Shown here: positions 38,127 to 52,704 of the stretch, in pieces
How positions within the stretch are numbered: position 1 is the first letter of the stretch
How the letters are laid out: each line of letters opens with the position of its first letter
NCBI GenBank assembly: GCA_951406725.2
Contig: OX597820.1
Coordinates: forward strand, 78,678,001 to 78,742,000
Direction of reading: 5' to 3'
Source of the DNA: Octopus vulgaris
Lineage: Eukaryota
Length of the DNA stretch: 64,000 bases
Program-made: the position numbers and the translations under genes
The notes under the pieces: model-generated
The model's input: only the letters and a program-made list of their open reading frames with translations
The model's database searches: none
What the model was told of the DNA's origin: nothing

Positions 38127-38821
38127 TGTACGTGCGTATCATTCTGGCTTGATGCTTAGGTCTAATTTCTTAAAATCGAGAGAAGCGAAGATTAATTATT
38201 ATGCAAAGCGTGTCGCGATCTCATTTAGCTGTCATTTTCTTGCTCAACGGTAATTATCCAACACACTGCAACTTTTAAGGGTCTATTATAATTAATAGCC
38301 ACAAATAGGCCTCTTTTCGTGTCAGAAGTGTGAGAAGACGGATAAAACAGTATGAGAAAGAGAGAAGGAATTTTAGAATGCGAGTTGTGAGTTTTCTAAT
38401 TGAGAATGTACAATAACTGTTTTAATTCGCTTTCCGAGGAGTGCATGTGCGGTTGAGAGAGAAAGAGAGCGCGTGTGAGTGAATGAGAGTGAGAGTGTGA
38501 GATGGAGAGGGGGAAGGAGACACTTATAAGAGGGAGAGATTAAGAAAACAGAGCGACACTTCCAAACAACATGAGAGGGTGGGTAGGGGCCTCACTGATA
38601 ATTAAGTGTTTTCTATAACCGTGTTAATTTGCCTTCTATGAAATATATACAAGGTCACACCTACTTAATGTCAGTTTTAATTTAATCATACCTCATTAGT
38701 AACATTAATTCCAGAGAGACGCATACATTACAAAAAATTCACACAGATGACATACATACATACATACATACATACATACATACATACATACATACATACA
38801 TACATACATACATACATACAT

Positions 38822-38976
38822 AGGTACAGGTGTGATTGTGTGGTAAGAAATTTGCTTTTCAACCATATGGTTCCAGGTTCAGCCCTATTGCGTGGTACCT
38901 TGGACATGTGTCCCTTATTATAGCCTCAGGCTTATTAATGGACTAGGTAGACGGAAACTGAAAGAAGCCCGTCATA

Positions 38977-39050
<74 letters not shown>

Positions 39051-39250
39051 AGCGTTTTTATCAACACGACTAACAACCGGTGTTGATGTGTTTATGTCCC
39101 CGAAACTTAATGGTTTGTAAATGGAACCGATAGTATAAGCATCAGGCCTTTTAACAAAAAACAAGTATTGGGGTCGATTCATTTGGGTAAAAATTCTTCA
39201 AGGCGGTGCCCCAGCATGGTCACAGTCTGAAGACTGGAACCAATATAAGA
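38822..39250 (+). mobile_element. SINE family A
   Basis: gtgtggtaagaaatttgc...aaggcggtgccccagcatggtcacagtc. Confidence 0.88.
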
Positions 39251-39454
39251 TAACAGATAGATATATACACACGCACACATATATGTGTAGGTAGGTAGGT
39301 AGGTAGGTAGGTAGGTAGGTAGGTAGGTAGGTAGGTAGGTAAGTAGGTAGGTAGGTAGGTAGGTAGGTAGGTAGGTAGGTAGGTAGGTAGGTAGGTAGGT
39401 AGGTAGGTAGGTAGATAGGTAGATGGAAGGGTAGATGGGTGGGTGGGTGGTTGG

Positions 39455-39759
39455 GTGCGGTTAAGAAGCTCGCTTTGCACCCCTGGGGTTTCGAATTCAG
39501 ACCAATGGTATACGGAAACTGTATGAAACCCCAACGAATGTATATATGTGAGTGCTCGCCTTTATGTCTGTATTTGTTTCGACCCACTGCTTGACAATCG
39601 ATGTTGGCTTGTTTATTTCCCTGTAATTTAATCGTTCGGCAAAAGAGAGCGATGTTGTAAGTGCCACACTATAAAATAAATACTGGCGTCGAGCCGTTCG
39701 ACTGAGACCCTTCCGTGTGGTACCCCGGTTGGTTGCAGTCCAATGGCTACAACTAATTA

Positions 39760-39760
<1 letters not shown>
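39455..39760 (+). mobile_element. SINE family A, degraded and internally deleted
   Basis: ggttaagaagctcgctttgca...acggaaactg...gcttgacaatcgatgttgg...gcagtccaatg. Confidence 0.7.
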
Positions 39761-39822
<62 letters not shown>

Positions 39823-40500
39823 AACATAGCGCTTTGTATAATTTCAGAGTGGGAAATATTAATTTTGATGCAAACTATAGCTTAAATTAAACTTCAAATT
39901 AACCAAAAATTCAGAGTAATACATTATTAACAAATATTTGTCATCGCGTAGTTACAAACCACAGAATATCTAAAAGACTTTCTAGTTTGTGCCTGGAAAT
40001 AAATCATTTATTAGACAATTTAAAATAATGACATTCTAATCATGGGGATAATTCCAATTGATAAGCGCTAATTTTCGACTCAGTCTGTTAAATATGATAG
40101 CTTACACGTAGCTGTATTTTCGTGTTGCAGAAGGACATCTACGAAATTTTTCCAGTGTTATTATTTAATATTGATTAATCGTTGAATTATTTCTCACAGC
40201 CAAACTATAAATTCTTCAAATTATTTTGATTAAGTCACGTTAATCAAGAATTATTTTCGGCTCACTATATTAAGTATGGTAGCGTGTATCTCACTGTGTG
40301 TGCACATGTATATGAAAGAGAAGAGTGAAAATGAAACACAGGACAGATCGATCGATAGATTAGATTGATACATGTATTTTGAAGGCATGCATATATATGT
40401 ATGCTTGTGATTTTTAATGCATATTTGTGTATTTAAGCTAGGTTTTGAATCAAAATTAATATCTGCTGCACTGAAATTATACAAAACGCAATGTTGGATA

Positions 40501-41015
40501 TCTGGCATAACTGCAGATTTCTGCTCGCCCCCGACTTTAGATGATCATAACTTTCAGAACAATGGATATTTTTAAATAAAATGTTCTACGAATATGTGTT
40601 ACGTCGCGTAGATTCCGAATATACAAAACTTTGTGGGGAAAACGTTTTAGGAGGAGCTGGGATTCTCAAAATTAACCCTAATTGCTCCCCCCCACCACCA
40701 CCACCACCACCAAAAACAATTCCTATTTTGTCGGAATCTATATCGTCCGAGGTATATTTGTAGAGAATTTCATTAAAAAATATCCATTTTCTAGAAAGCT
40801 AAGACGAACTGAATTGGACTCCGGTGAATTTTCCGAAATTCTTCACCCTACCCCTCCTAAAACACTCCCCACTCAAAAAAAAATATGTATATTCGAAATC
40901 TACATGATATATCCCATATTCGTAGAAAATTTCATTAAAAGATATCCATTTTTCTGAAAGTTAGGATCATCCAAAGTCGGTGGGGGGGAGGTCAGAAATC
41001 TGTAGTTATGCCGGA
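40501..41015. mobile_element. MITE with ~95-bp TIRs and TA target duplication (Tc1/mariner-type)
   Basis: TA|tctggcataactgcagatttctg...ttctacgaatatg versus catattcgtagaa...cagaaatctgtagttatgccgga|TA. Confidence 0.85.
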
Positions 41016-41150
41016 TATCTATCTGTCAATCTATCTGCATTGCGTAAAAGATATTTTCAAAATTTTTTAAATAAACTCATTTAGTGGTGTGCCGCACATC
41101 GCTATGCACATAGTCACATAGATTAATAGATTAATATATATATATAAATA

Positions 41151-42321
41151 CTAGCATTAAAGACCCGTCGTTGCCGGGTCATAGTGCTAGTGCATGTATA
41201 TATGTGTATATATATGTGTACATATTACATGTACATCTGTATATATACATCTACACATAAAATACAAAATACAAAGTTATATCTTGATATCGCTAGTGAT
41301 AACAATACTCAAAATATATAACAGACTGGAATTGTTAGCCCGTCTCTTGTAATTTTGTCCTCCCTCTTGTATAGAAGTGTGGCTACAATCCAGCCTACCT
41401 CTACTTCTGGGAGGGGGGGGCATTTTTAATTTTTATCCGGGACGTCCTACGTCCCAGATATAAAGGTAAAAACAAAATATTTCCACTTTGCAAGTTCGAG
41501 TCGAGTACTCCCTTGCACGCTCCGTTGACTCGAACCTTGCTTCTATTGTGGCGAATTTACCGCCTCTGATTAGATACCTTTCGTAGTCGCACCAAGACAC
41601 TTTTCGAAGGTGCTTTCCTCCATGTGTTCAAATCTTCTTTTTTCTCTACATTGTATACTTTATAGACAATAGTCTTTTCTTTGATTTAATTTTGGACTAT
41701 TCCATTTCTGCACGCTAATTTTATTTTTAATTCATTCCCATTCATGTGAAACCACTTATTCAAGTTCAAGTCATTGATGCAATTTTATACCAATTGCTAT
41801 TTTTACTTTTGTTATGTTACGATTATATTATACTTTAGTTTGATTTTAATTATTACTTACTACATATAATTCAATTGTTATTATTATTTTTATTGTTAAA
41901 GTGAAAGTATCTGACATAAAACAGAGAAACGTTTTTGTTTCACTTTTAACACGTAATACTGAAATAGTGGAGAAGATATGATATTGCTATGGACTCGCTC
42001 TAAGCAAGAAGTTGAACATTTTTTTGCCCATGAACTACATGGACCCTAAGTAATGCATGTGTAAAATTTGAATGGAATTGGTTGTGTAGTTCTTAAGTTT
42101 TAGGGAATCGTAGTGGAGAAGATATGATATTGCTGTGGGCTCGCCCTAGGCAAAAAGTTAAACATTTTTTTGCCGATGACACTCCCCGGACCCTAAGTAA
42201 GGTATGTGTAAAATCTGAATGAAATTGGTTGTGTAGTTCTTAAGTTTTAGGAAAACACACAGACAGACAGACAGACACACACACACACACACACACATTC
42301 TCAGTTTTATATATATAAAGA
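41151..42321 (-). mobile_element. Non-autonomous Helitron-like element with a 146-bp internal tandem duplication (41965-42251)
   Basis: Minus strand starts TC-tttatatatataaaa; ends with hairpin gacccg-N7-cgggtc then CTAG|T. Confidence 0.75.
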
Positions 42322-42529
42322 TATATATATACACATATAGGCTAGTGATGGAAGCGATGATCTCCCCTCGCAAATACTAATCGGACACTGGTTGTGTGTC
42401 GTTAGCCAGCTGGGGGAGGTGTCTTCCTGGGGCTATAATCATCAGTAGCATTGTCCTTTATAAAATGCCACACACTGCTACTGTCCACATTTCGCTCAGT
42501 GATTTAATATAACATACTCTCTCTTCATA

Positions 42530-42584
<55 letters not shown>

Positions 42585-42585
<1 letters not shown>

Positions 42586-43675
42586 AATAAGAAAATGGAG
42601 GGGATCAAGAGGTGGTATTCATCAACGTTTAGACATATTATGTCTATTTATTTATTTAGTTTTTATAAAAACAATTATAACAATATACATACATGTATAA
42701 CATATTATGCTTTACATATATAATATATAAAATATGAAAATACCAGTAATTATTAAAATATGTAACGTAGACCATACAAAGTAGAATAGTATCTTACAGT
42801 GTTTAGTTACTAAATTAACGAACCAACTCAATATATATCCTTATATATCCTCTTTTATATATATATACCAACATATTACTAAATTGTTGTTATTTATCGC
42901 TAAAATTATGTTTAAATCTTTTTTATCTGACAAAATGCCTCAAATGCAAGACTCTATGTAATATACCTGCATAATTATCACATATTATATAATACAATAC
43001 AGTATAACAACAATAATAACTCGCAAAATAATAATTATTATTATGTCAGTAGGGGTATTTTAATACTAGATTCTAGTGGTATTTGGAAAAGGTATGCCCA
43101 ATTTTATGAAGACAAGAAACGTCGTGTTCCTTAAAGCTGTTAATAAGCGGAATTTTAGTCTCAATTATAAAGAAAATTCGTTAATACATAACATACATTT
43201 TCTATTTTTAGTATTATATGCAGGTGCTGTTGTAAATATTTTCCAATTTAAATTATAGTTGATTCCTCCATCCTTAATTTCTCATTTATAGCTACTTAAC
43301 CCTGTAGAATTTCTCCTATTTCTGCTTCTAAATGTATAGTTATGATAATTAAGTCTCTGTTTTATATTCTTTTTTGTCGCAACCATATATACTTTGCTGT
43401 CATGTTATTACTTATTCTACAAACATATGTTCTGTGTGGCTGTGTAGGGTTTGTTATTGAGGTTGACAGTTATAATATTAGTTCTGTGGCTATTGTTGAT
43501 CCCAATAATGTTATTATTGCTTATACTATTGTGATCATTAATGTTAGTATTATTACTATTATTATTTACACTTCCATTGTTGCTGTTATTAATATTATTA
43601 TTTTTATTTTTATTTTTATTTTTATTATTATTATTATTATTATTGTTGTTGTTGTTGTTGTTGTTATTGTTGTTA

Positions 43676-43746
<71 letters not shown>

Positions 43747-45300
43747 TAGTTTTATTTTTATAGCGTGCTTTCACTTCACTACCGAGCGCAGCTCTGTGTG
43801 CATTGGGTATGTGCTGTGATTTGTTGTGATGCTCTGATGGTTATTGTATGGAAAGTGTTCTGCGTAGGATGTGTGCAGTGCCTAGTAGTGAAATTTTCTG
43901 TATGTTATATGTGTTTGTAAGTCCTGGTGTTTTTGTTATGTATTTGTCTGAATATTTTTTTATCATGCCTAATGCACCTACTATGATAGGAATTGTTTCT
44001 GTTTTCAGATTCCACATTCTAGTTACCTCTATCTCCAGGTCTTTGTATTTTGAGAGTTTCTCCATTTCTTTTAGAGACACGTTGTCATCTGCCGGTATTG
44101 ATACATCAATTAGAAAGCATTTTTTTTCTTCATGATCTCTGAAAACTATATCTGGTCTGTTGGCCTTAATTTCTCTATCTGTGTGTATCGGCATATCCCA
44201 GAGTATGGTTGCTTTCTCGTTTTCTGTGACCTTTTCTGGTGTGTGCCTATACCATCTTTTTTTCTGTTGTTATTCCATAATGTTGGCATAGCTTCCAATG
44301 TATGTAGGTTCCAACTCTGTCATGTCTGTGAATATATTCCTTCTTAGCCAGGACTGGGCAGCTAGAGATAATATGATTTATTGTTTCTTGTCCATCTCCA
44401 CATATTCTGCAGTTACTTGTAATATTTCTTTTCATTACATGTTTTTGATAATTTCTGGTGGAGAGGCTTTGGTCTTGTGCTGCAATTAAAAATCCCTCTG
44501 TTTCTGCTTTGAGTCCTGAGCTTCTCAACCATTGCTGGGATTTTTCTTTGTCTATTTCTTTTGCGTTTAGTTTAGTGCAGTATTTACCATGAAGGGGCTT
44601 TTCTTGCCATCGTTTTATCATGGTTCGTTGCTGTTCTATTTTTAGTTTGGATTTCATTTGTTTTATAGCTTTTGTTGTTTCTTCATCATCTTCTTCGTGT
44701 TTATTAGGTGGTATGATTTCTTGTTTGTATTTGTCAGCTTCCTTAAATACTGAGAACAGTTTTTTGTTTTGCTCGTGTTTTGCTGCTATCTGGATCAGTT
44801 TTCCTTCCTCTGAAGTAGGTATTTTTGCAGTCCGATGGTGGTTATTTTATAGTAGTTTTCCAGCTGTATAAGGCCTCTACCACCTTCTATACGTTGTATA
44901 TATAGTCTTTCTATGTCAGATTTTGGGTGATGCATCCTAGATCCTGTCAGTATTTTTCTTGTTTTCCTATCTATTTTGGACAGTTCATTTCGTGTCCAGT
45001 TAAGGATATTGTAGCTGTAACTTATAACTGGGACAGCTAAAGTGTTGATACCTATTATCTTGTTTTTAGCATTGAGCTCTGTTTTTAGTATTGATCTAAC
45101 TCGTCTATAATATTCTTTTTTTATTTTCTCTTTCATTTGTGTGTGTTGTGTCTTATCTAGTTCATGGATTCCTAAGTATTTGTAAGTTTGGCTTTGGTCT
45201 AATTCTTTTATTTCATTGGTTTTATCTAGTGTGATGTTGTTACTCTTAACTAGTTTTCCTCTTTTCATGGTTACTTTGGCGCATTTTTCTAATCCAAATT

Positions 45301-45377
<77 letters not shown>

Positions 45378-45800
45378 TTCACTATTATTATAGTTGTTGT
45401 TATTTATATCTATATTACTTATATTAATTTTCTACTTAGATAGAAGGTGTCTAGTTTTCTATTGTTAATTGAGGAGATGGTGGTAGCTAGGTTATGTGTT
45501 AGACTATACTCTATTCTTATTGTTTTGTTATTGATTATCTCCCAATATTTGTTTTTTCCTTTTGTAAAATGTTTGTTAATTAAACTAAATATTATTTTTA
45601 CTATGTTATTCTTGATTTTTTTATTGCTGTATAAATTAAGGGTAAAACAACTTTTTACGCTCACCCATTTATTACATTCAGTAGTTAATTACCATGCAAT
45701 GAAAAAACACTTGTATATTAATAATTGGGTATTCTAACAGCAGAATATTGGATAAATATTATATCTTAGTTGGTTGGATTCACAACCTCTAACTCTCTTG
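42585..45800 (-). mobile_element. Degraded Penelope-like element (RT-EN linker, GIY-YIG endonuclease, 3' region), interrupted by a Dong-like LINE
   Basis: 45419-45664: KNNIVKIIFSLINKHF...NNKTIRIEYS...NLATTISSIN. Manual translation of ~43150-43390: KQRLNYHNYTFRSRNRRNSTGLSSYK*EIKDGGINYNLNWKI...APAYNTKNRKCMLCINE. atcttacagtgttt near 42791 resembles the 3' half of the hammerhead at 6674. Confidence 0.75.
43744..45303 (-). mobile_element. R4/Dong-clade non-LTR retrotransposon, 5'-truncated, two frameshifts
   Basis: KFGLEKCA...YKYLG...LYIQRIEGGRGL (RT end/thumb), CRICGDGQETINHIISSC (CCHC), RHDRV, RPDIV...LIDVSIP (RLE). Pure (ATT)n on both sides. Confidence 0.93.
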
Positions 45801-45829
45801 GAAATATATATATATATATTGATAGATAT

Positions 45830-46212
45830 TAGTGATACCTCGCAGCACGAGTTTAATTCGTTCCATGACCGAGCTCGTCTTACGATTTACTCGTTTTACA
45901 AATCAATTTTCCACATTGAAATTCACTAAAATATAATTAATCCGTTCCAGCCCCCCAAAACCACTCAAAAATAATATTTTTATGGGTTTTTGAAACAGAA
46001 AAGGTGGAGTTACAAGTAAAATGGCAATTGTAAAAAATTGTCAAAAAAGAGAATGCCAAAGGAATATTTAACTGGTTTTATTAAGTGAATTACCGATTCT
46101 TGCGTCGTACTGCGGATTTCCGCTCGTACTTCAAGACAAAAATTCGCACGAGTTTCGGCTCGTACAGCAAATTACTCGTATAGTGGGGCACTCGTAGTGC
46201 GTGGTTCTGCTG
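45830..46212. mobile_element. Tigger/pogo-type MITE (degraded)
   Basis: Imperfect TIRs tagtgatacctcgcagcacgagt / actcgtagtgcgtggttctgctg; repeated ctcgt motifs. Confidence 0.65.
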
Positions 46213-46394
46213 AATATATAAAATTCATATACCATATATATATATATTATACACACACACACACACACATACGTATGTGTGTGTGTATATATATATATAT
46301 AGATATAGATATATATATATATATATGTAGGTCCCGGGTTGAGTCGGGGTTAACCACAGTAAATAAGGTACTCAATACATAGCAGAGTAAATTA

Positions 46395-46616
<222 letters not shown>

Positions 46617-46734
46617 AGCAATAATAAATCTCTCATCGAGATATAAACAGTAGCCGCACGACATTGTGAAGTATATTTGCCACCTAAATGTGGCTAACAC
46701 TTAAGAGTCGACGCTACTGTAGCTTGTAGCCTCA

Positions 46735-46900
46735 TGTGTGTGCTTTGTTTTTTGCCCCACCACCACTACTGGATAACTGGTGTTAGCTTGTTTACGGTCC
46801 CGTAATTTAGCAATTCGACAAAAGAGACCCACAAAGTAAAAATTGTACTGAGGTCGACTTTTTTGACTAACCTCTTCAAAGCGGTGCCACAGCTTGGCCG
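46735..46900 (+). mobile_element. SINE family A, 3' half
   Basis: tgtttacggtcccgtaatttagc...gcggtgccacagcttggccg. Confidence 0.75.
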
Positions 46901-46950
46901 TACACACACACACACACAAACACACGCAAGCACACACACACACAAACACA

Positions 46951-47052
<102 letters not shown>

Positions 47053-47549
47053 CGTATATACATATTAACCTTTGCGTACGTTTGCACATACATATTTGCG
47101 CATGCTAACTGTGTATGCAGCCATTGGTTGATGTACTGCACGTCATTAAGCAGACACACATGCACACACATTAACATATATTTGTGCGCATGTATGCGTA
47201 TGCTAGATGCCCTATTTGCGTGAGCGCGCGAATATGTATTCTTTGTATGTATTAACGATTTTTCTCTAAGACTTATTTAAGTCCTTCGCAGATTTAACGG
47301 CTGTCACTCATAAATTGACAAGGATTTTTTTCTTATTTTTGCTTTAATCAAGACTGTTTCAAAGATTCGTGAATGCGTAAGATACTGTATGCATATATCT
47401 AGTATATGTATGTTGATTCTCCCATATATAAGTCTGTGTCATTATTCCCCTATACGTGTGTGATTATTTTCGCTGCCATGTGATGGACATCCATATCTGC
47501 ATGTCTCATCTTTACACGACTGTGTGTGCTTCATTATTCTCTATGTATT

Positions 47550-47722
47550 AAGGCAGCGAGCTGGCAGAAACGTTCGCACGATGAGTGAAATGCTTAGTGG
47601 TATTTTGTCTGCCTTTCATCCTTTTGGAGTCGCTAAATTAAGTACCAGTTGCATACTGGGGCCGATCTAATCGACTGGCCATCTCCCCAACAATTTCAGG
47701 CCCTGTGCCTAGAGTAGAAAAG

Positions 47723-47796
<74 letters not shown>

Positions 47797-48140
47797 AGCG
47801 GTGAGCTGGCAGAAACGTTAGCACGCCGGGCGAAATGCGTAGCCATATTTCGTCTGCCGCTACGTTCTGAGTTCAAATTCCACCGAGGTCGACTTTGCTT
47901 TTCATCCTTTCGGGGTCGATAAATTAAGTACCAGTTACGCACTGGGGTCGATGTAATCGACTTCATCCGTTTGTCTGTCCTTGTTTGTCCCCTCTGTGTA
48001 TAGCCCCTTGTGGGTAGTAAAGAAATAGGTATTTTCTCAGCCGTTACGTTCTGTGTTCAAATTCCGCCAAAGTTGACTATGCCTTTCATCCTTTAGGGGT
48101 CAATAAATTAAGTACCAGTTACGTACTGGGGTCGATCTAA
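47550..48140 (+). mobile_element. Cluster of three SINE family B copies (47550-47723, 47797-48028, 48028-48140)
   Basis: Head gagctggcagaaacgtt, B box gagttcaaattcc, body gaggtcgactttgcytttcatcctttcggggtcgataaattaagtacc. Confidence 0.9.
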
Positions 48141-48258
48141 TATATACTTACGTATATATACTTACATTTATACCTAGTCAAAAGGTGATATCTAGGGATG
48201 CTGAATATAAAAAATACGTAGTAGTGCTCAAATGATTTGAACTATTGTCATATGTGTA

Positions 48259-48308
<50 letters not shown>

Positions 48309-48309
48309 A

Positions 48310-48460
48310 TGACAAGCTTCTTTCAGTTTCCATCATATCCACCCACATGGCTTTGATCAGCTCAGGGCTATAGTGGTTGCCCAAGGTGTCATGCATTGGG
48401 ACTGAGCACGGAAACGTGGTTGGAAAGTAAACGTCTCACCACACAGCCATGTCTATGACT
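48310..48460 (-). mobile_element. SINE family A, 5' half
   Basis: gcttctttcagtttcc...tgcccaaggtgtc...accacacagcca. Confidence 0.8.
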
Positions 48461-48927
48461 ATGTATGTATATATGTAAATATGTTAGTATGTATGCATGT
48501 ATGTATGTATGTATTTTCATTTTTTCCTTTTAATTGTAAGTCAATTTTTTTCCGGCCCACCTGCTTGCTAACAAGGTTGTGCAAGTAATCGTCTTGTTTT
48601 GTTCATCATCCTTTAAATCTTAAGATTTCGCGGGTCTTTATTATCTTAGACATCATGATCATTTATGCGCCTAATTCAGTAAAATTATGAAGGTTATTCT
48701 GATTACTATGCATAAAATGCAAAATATTTTATTGCTATGTAGATTAGGTAGGCACAATTCGTCCCTACCTTTCAATCTCAGTATTAAAACTATGCATAGT
48801 TCTGCTGTAGTACACATGCTGTGTACATTCCTACAACAACGTTTTCTTTACACGCTATAAAAGCGGATGTAAATCTGCCTACAACTCAGTCACGCGCATG
48901 TGTTTCGCTTATCTATTTTGTGTGTGT

Positions 48928-49006
<79 letters not shown>

Positions 49007-49059
49007 ACTACATAAAAGTCACCAACTGCCTACCCTGAGTAATTACTGACAGCACGTGC

Positions 49060-49515
49060 TTGATTTGTACGTATTCTGTTCTTTCGGTGATAATAGTTAT
49101 AAAAATTGAAAGTGTATTTTGGGTACTAGGTTTGTAAACTTCTTAACAATGGTCTTTCAGCGTTTTCTTTCTCCAGAAATTTTCTTGTGTCCAGAGTGCA
49201 GCTGATTTTTATAACAGATCATAATTCTTTCTTATGGTTCCACACAACGGCATATGGACGGTTGTATTTTAACTTGGTGGTTGTTTTAATTTTTAACTTC
49301 CGTTAATATTATTTTGACTCATCTTCTTAATATCGTTAACTTTGTGATATTTTCTTTTTTTTTTTTTTTTCGTATCATATTCCAGACTGTTCTGGCAACC
49401 GTATCATGCCTCATGGGAAGATAATATCTCGATAACATTCTCTCGCAGTTGGCAATTATGTGATGGACGTTTTCGGTTTTAGTTTTGCACAGTCGACATT
49501 TGTTGTCTATCAATT
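49060..49515 (-). pseudogene. Degraded R4-clade LINE 3' fragment related to 30488-31280
   Basis: DNKCRLCKTKTENVHHIIANCERMLSRYYLPMRHDTVAR, then KYNRPYAVVWN...KISC with stops. Confidence 0.8.
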
Positions 49516-49633
49516 TATGTACGTATGCATTTATGTATGTATACATGTATGCATGAATGTATGTATGTATGCATATGTGTGTATGCATGTATGTATGTGT
49601 GTATGTATGCACGCTTGCATTTATGTGTATATG

Positions 49634-49674
<41 letters not shown>

Positions 49675-51137
49675 ATATGTATATGTATGTATGTATGCAT
49701 ACACTATGCAGTTATGTATATATGCATGTGTGTATGTATGTATGCACGTATGCATTTATATGTATACGTATATGTGTATGTATGTATTCATACACGTATG
49801 CATTCATGTATATGTGTATGTATGTATGTATGTATGCGTGTGTGTATGTGTATGTATGTGTGTATGTATATATGTATGTGTGTGTATGTATGTGTATGTA
49901 CGCATATACGTGTGCATTTATGTATATATTAAATATGTATGTATGCATACACTATGCATTTATGTATGTATACATGTATGTATGTATGTATGCATACATG
50001 AATGTGTGTATACACGTATGCATTGATGTATGTATATATGAATGTATGTAAGTAAAGAATAAAACGACTAGAAATCATTTTTAACGGAAACTGGAAATAG
50101 TTTAAGCAAACGTAAATGGAAGCATACAGTGCATTCTCCAGAGAAGAAAACCAAATTATTGCCGCTCACAAATTACCCTCCGAACCAAAAACCATGGTTA
50201 TTTTCCTCCTCATCATATAGTAACCCTATTGTTAAGTTTCCAGGAAAATGAATGAATGATATACGGACTAGCCTCAATTAAATGGTACACTGGAGTTTTT
50301 CACAATGTTCCAGACTAAGATATAATGAGAGGAATGGAAATTAAAGATGGTTTTATTAGAGAAGAGAGAACAGAATGAGTCGTATGTACGTTCGAAGCCA
50401 ATAATGTTTTACCTGTAGTTTGTTTTGGGGGGCTTTTTTTATTTCCGTGTTCTTTTCTTTTGTTTTTTGTTTTTAATTTGTGTTTGTGTGGTTGTTTATT
50501 GTTTTGCTTTGTCTTGTCTTTTTTTCTATTTTGCTCTTGAAGATGCTAGTGATGAAGTTGAATAACTTTTAATAGCGGGATGGCTTGTAGAAACTTGGAG
50601 ACTGCACCACTCGCCTTCAGTGTTTCGTCGTTGCCCATAGGAACGCAGGAGGTGTGTGTATGTATGTGTGTGTGTGTAGGTATGTGTGAGTATGAATGTG
50701 ACTATGTGTATGAGTGTGTTTTCTTATATCCGTGAGTTTACAATCCGTGAAGGAAAAATGTGCTCCAACAAAAGTAGAGAGTAAATATTTATCGTAGGGT
50801 CTTACATTACTCTCTCTTGCTACTCAGGGCTTTGCATTTAAGCATACACACACATGCACACACGCACACACGCACACACATACACGCACAACAGCTGTGC
50901 GTGCGCACACACACACATATACATACGTAGAATAAATTAAAAAATATTTACATATATGAGTGGGGGAGAATGTGTATATATATATATACATATATAGAGA
51001 CAGACAGACAGACAGGAGACAAAGAAAGAGAAAAGCAGACAGACTGACGGACAGACAGACAGACAGACAGGCAGGCAGACAGGCAGGCAGACGGGCATAC
51101 AGACAGGCATACAGACAGATAGACAGACAGAGAAACT

Positions 51138-51227
<90 letters not shown>

Positions 51228-51368
51228 GGGAGGGAGAGAGGGAGGTAAGGAGGAAGAGAGGGAGGGAAGGAGGGAGGGATGGGTTGATGGATGGATGGAT
51301 AGATAGAGAGATAAATAAACAGATATATGGCTATATACTAAACTACAAAAGTGCTCGTTTCATTACTC

Positions 51369-51425
<57 letters not shown>

Positions 51426-52009
51426 TTGTTCGTGTGTTGTTCTTTTATTGGATAGTTCAAAGCATTTCTGGGCTTTTATACGAAACTGGCGATACATAAC
51501 CAAGTGTTTCTATGAGAACAGATACAAATGCAGGCCTATAACCTGGACAAAGAGCTGTATGTTTGTCGTTAGTTCTCCATAGATGTAGGTAGGTAGGTAG
51601 GTAGGTAGGTAGATAGGTAGGTAGGTAGGTAGGTAGGTAGGTAGGTAGGTAGGTAGGTAGGTAGGTAAGTAGGTAGGTAGGCAGGCATGCACGCATGCAT
51701 GTCACTGCTTAGTTTTATGTCAAGAGCAATGACATGCATGCCTACATATATACATACATACATACATGCTTGCCTACATACATATATACCCACCTATCTA
51801 TCTGTCTATTTATCTATCTATCTAATATTTCTATCTGTCTACGTAAAGAGATGAATAAGAGAAAATTGACTGAACGACATTCTTTATTTCAAATCTACAA
51901 TTGTGGTGAATTAAAATATAGAATGTATATCCAGTAACAAGATTATTCTCACTAGGTGATGACATCCGCTAGCCAATATCTGGGGAAGAACTTTGTACTG
52001 CATACAAGG

Positions 52010-52312
52010 TGGAGGCACACAGCCTAGTGGTTAGAGCAGCGGACTCGCGGTCGAGGGATGCGTATTCGAATCTCAGACCAGGCGATGTGTGTGTTTATGA
52101 GCGAATCACCTAAGCTACACGCGGCTCCAGCAGAAGGTAATGGCGGACTTCTGCTGACTCTTTCGCCACAACTTTCTCTCACACTTTCCTCCTGCATCTT
52201 GCAGTTCACCTGCGACGGACCGGCGTCCTGTCCAGGTGGGGAACCTATACTCCAAGGAAACCGGGAAACCGGCCTTTATGAGCGAGACATGGCTCGGGAA
52301 GGAACAAACAAC
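52010..52312 (+). mobile_element. tRNA-derived SINE family F
   Basis: agcctagtggttagagc (A box), ttcgaatc (B box), body cctgcgacggaccggcgtcctgtccagg, (AAC)-type tail. Confidence 0.75.
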
Positions 52313-52704
52313 AGCATACAAGATATTTTTTTCAACTTTTATCCAAATTTTATTCAACTATATGTATATGTATGTGTGTCTTTGTGTGTGTGTGGATGAA
52401 TGGATAGATATGTATATATATATATGGTTTCTTTTTCTTTCGTTTGCTTGACATAAGGTGACTAGGATATTTGCTGCTGAAGAAGCTAGAAAGCATAAAT
52501 CCGGATCTAGCAACTTCGCTACCAACGGCTGGTTATCTTCGCTTGAAGCTGATATGTTTTACTTGTGTTTTTAACTCTAAATGTCTATAACGTATACTTT
52601 CTCGAGTCGCATACAGCAGTTTAGAAGGCTTTCAACATATTATTAATATGCATGCGCAGAAAGGCAGCAAGCTGGCATATTAGAATATTATATTTAACAA
52701 GAAA

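Noticed and set aside
38140-38730. TAAT/ATTA-rich non-repetitive-looking segment as a homeodomain enhancer
   Set aside because: Motifs are too short and common in AT-rich DNA to support a call without conservation data.
52477-52496. ctgaaga agcta gaaa gcat
   Set aside because: Too short to form stem II and no stem I; likely chance.
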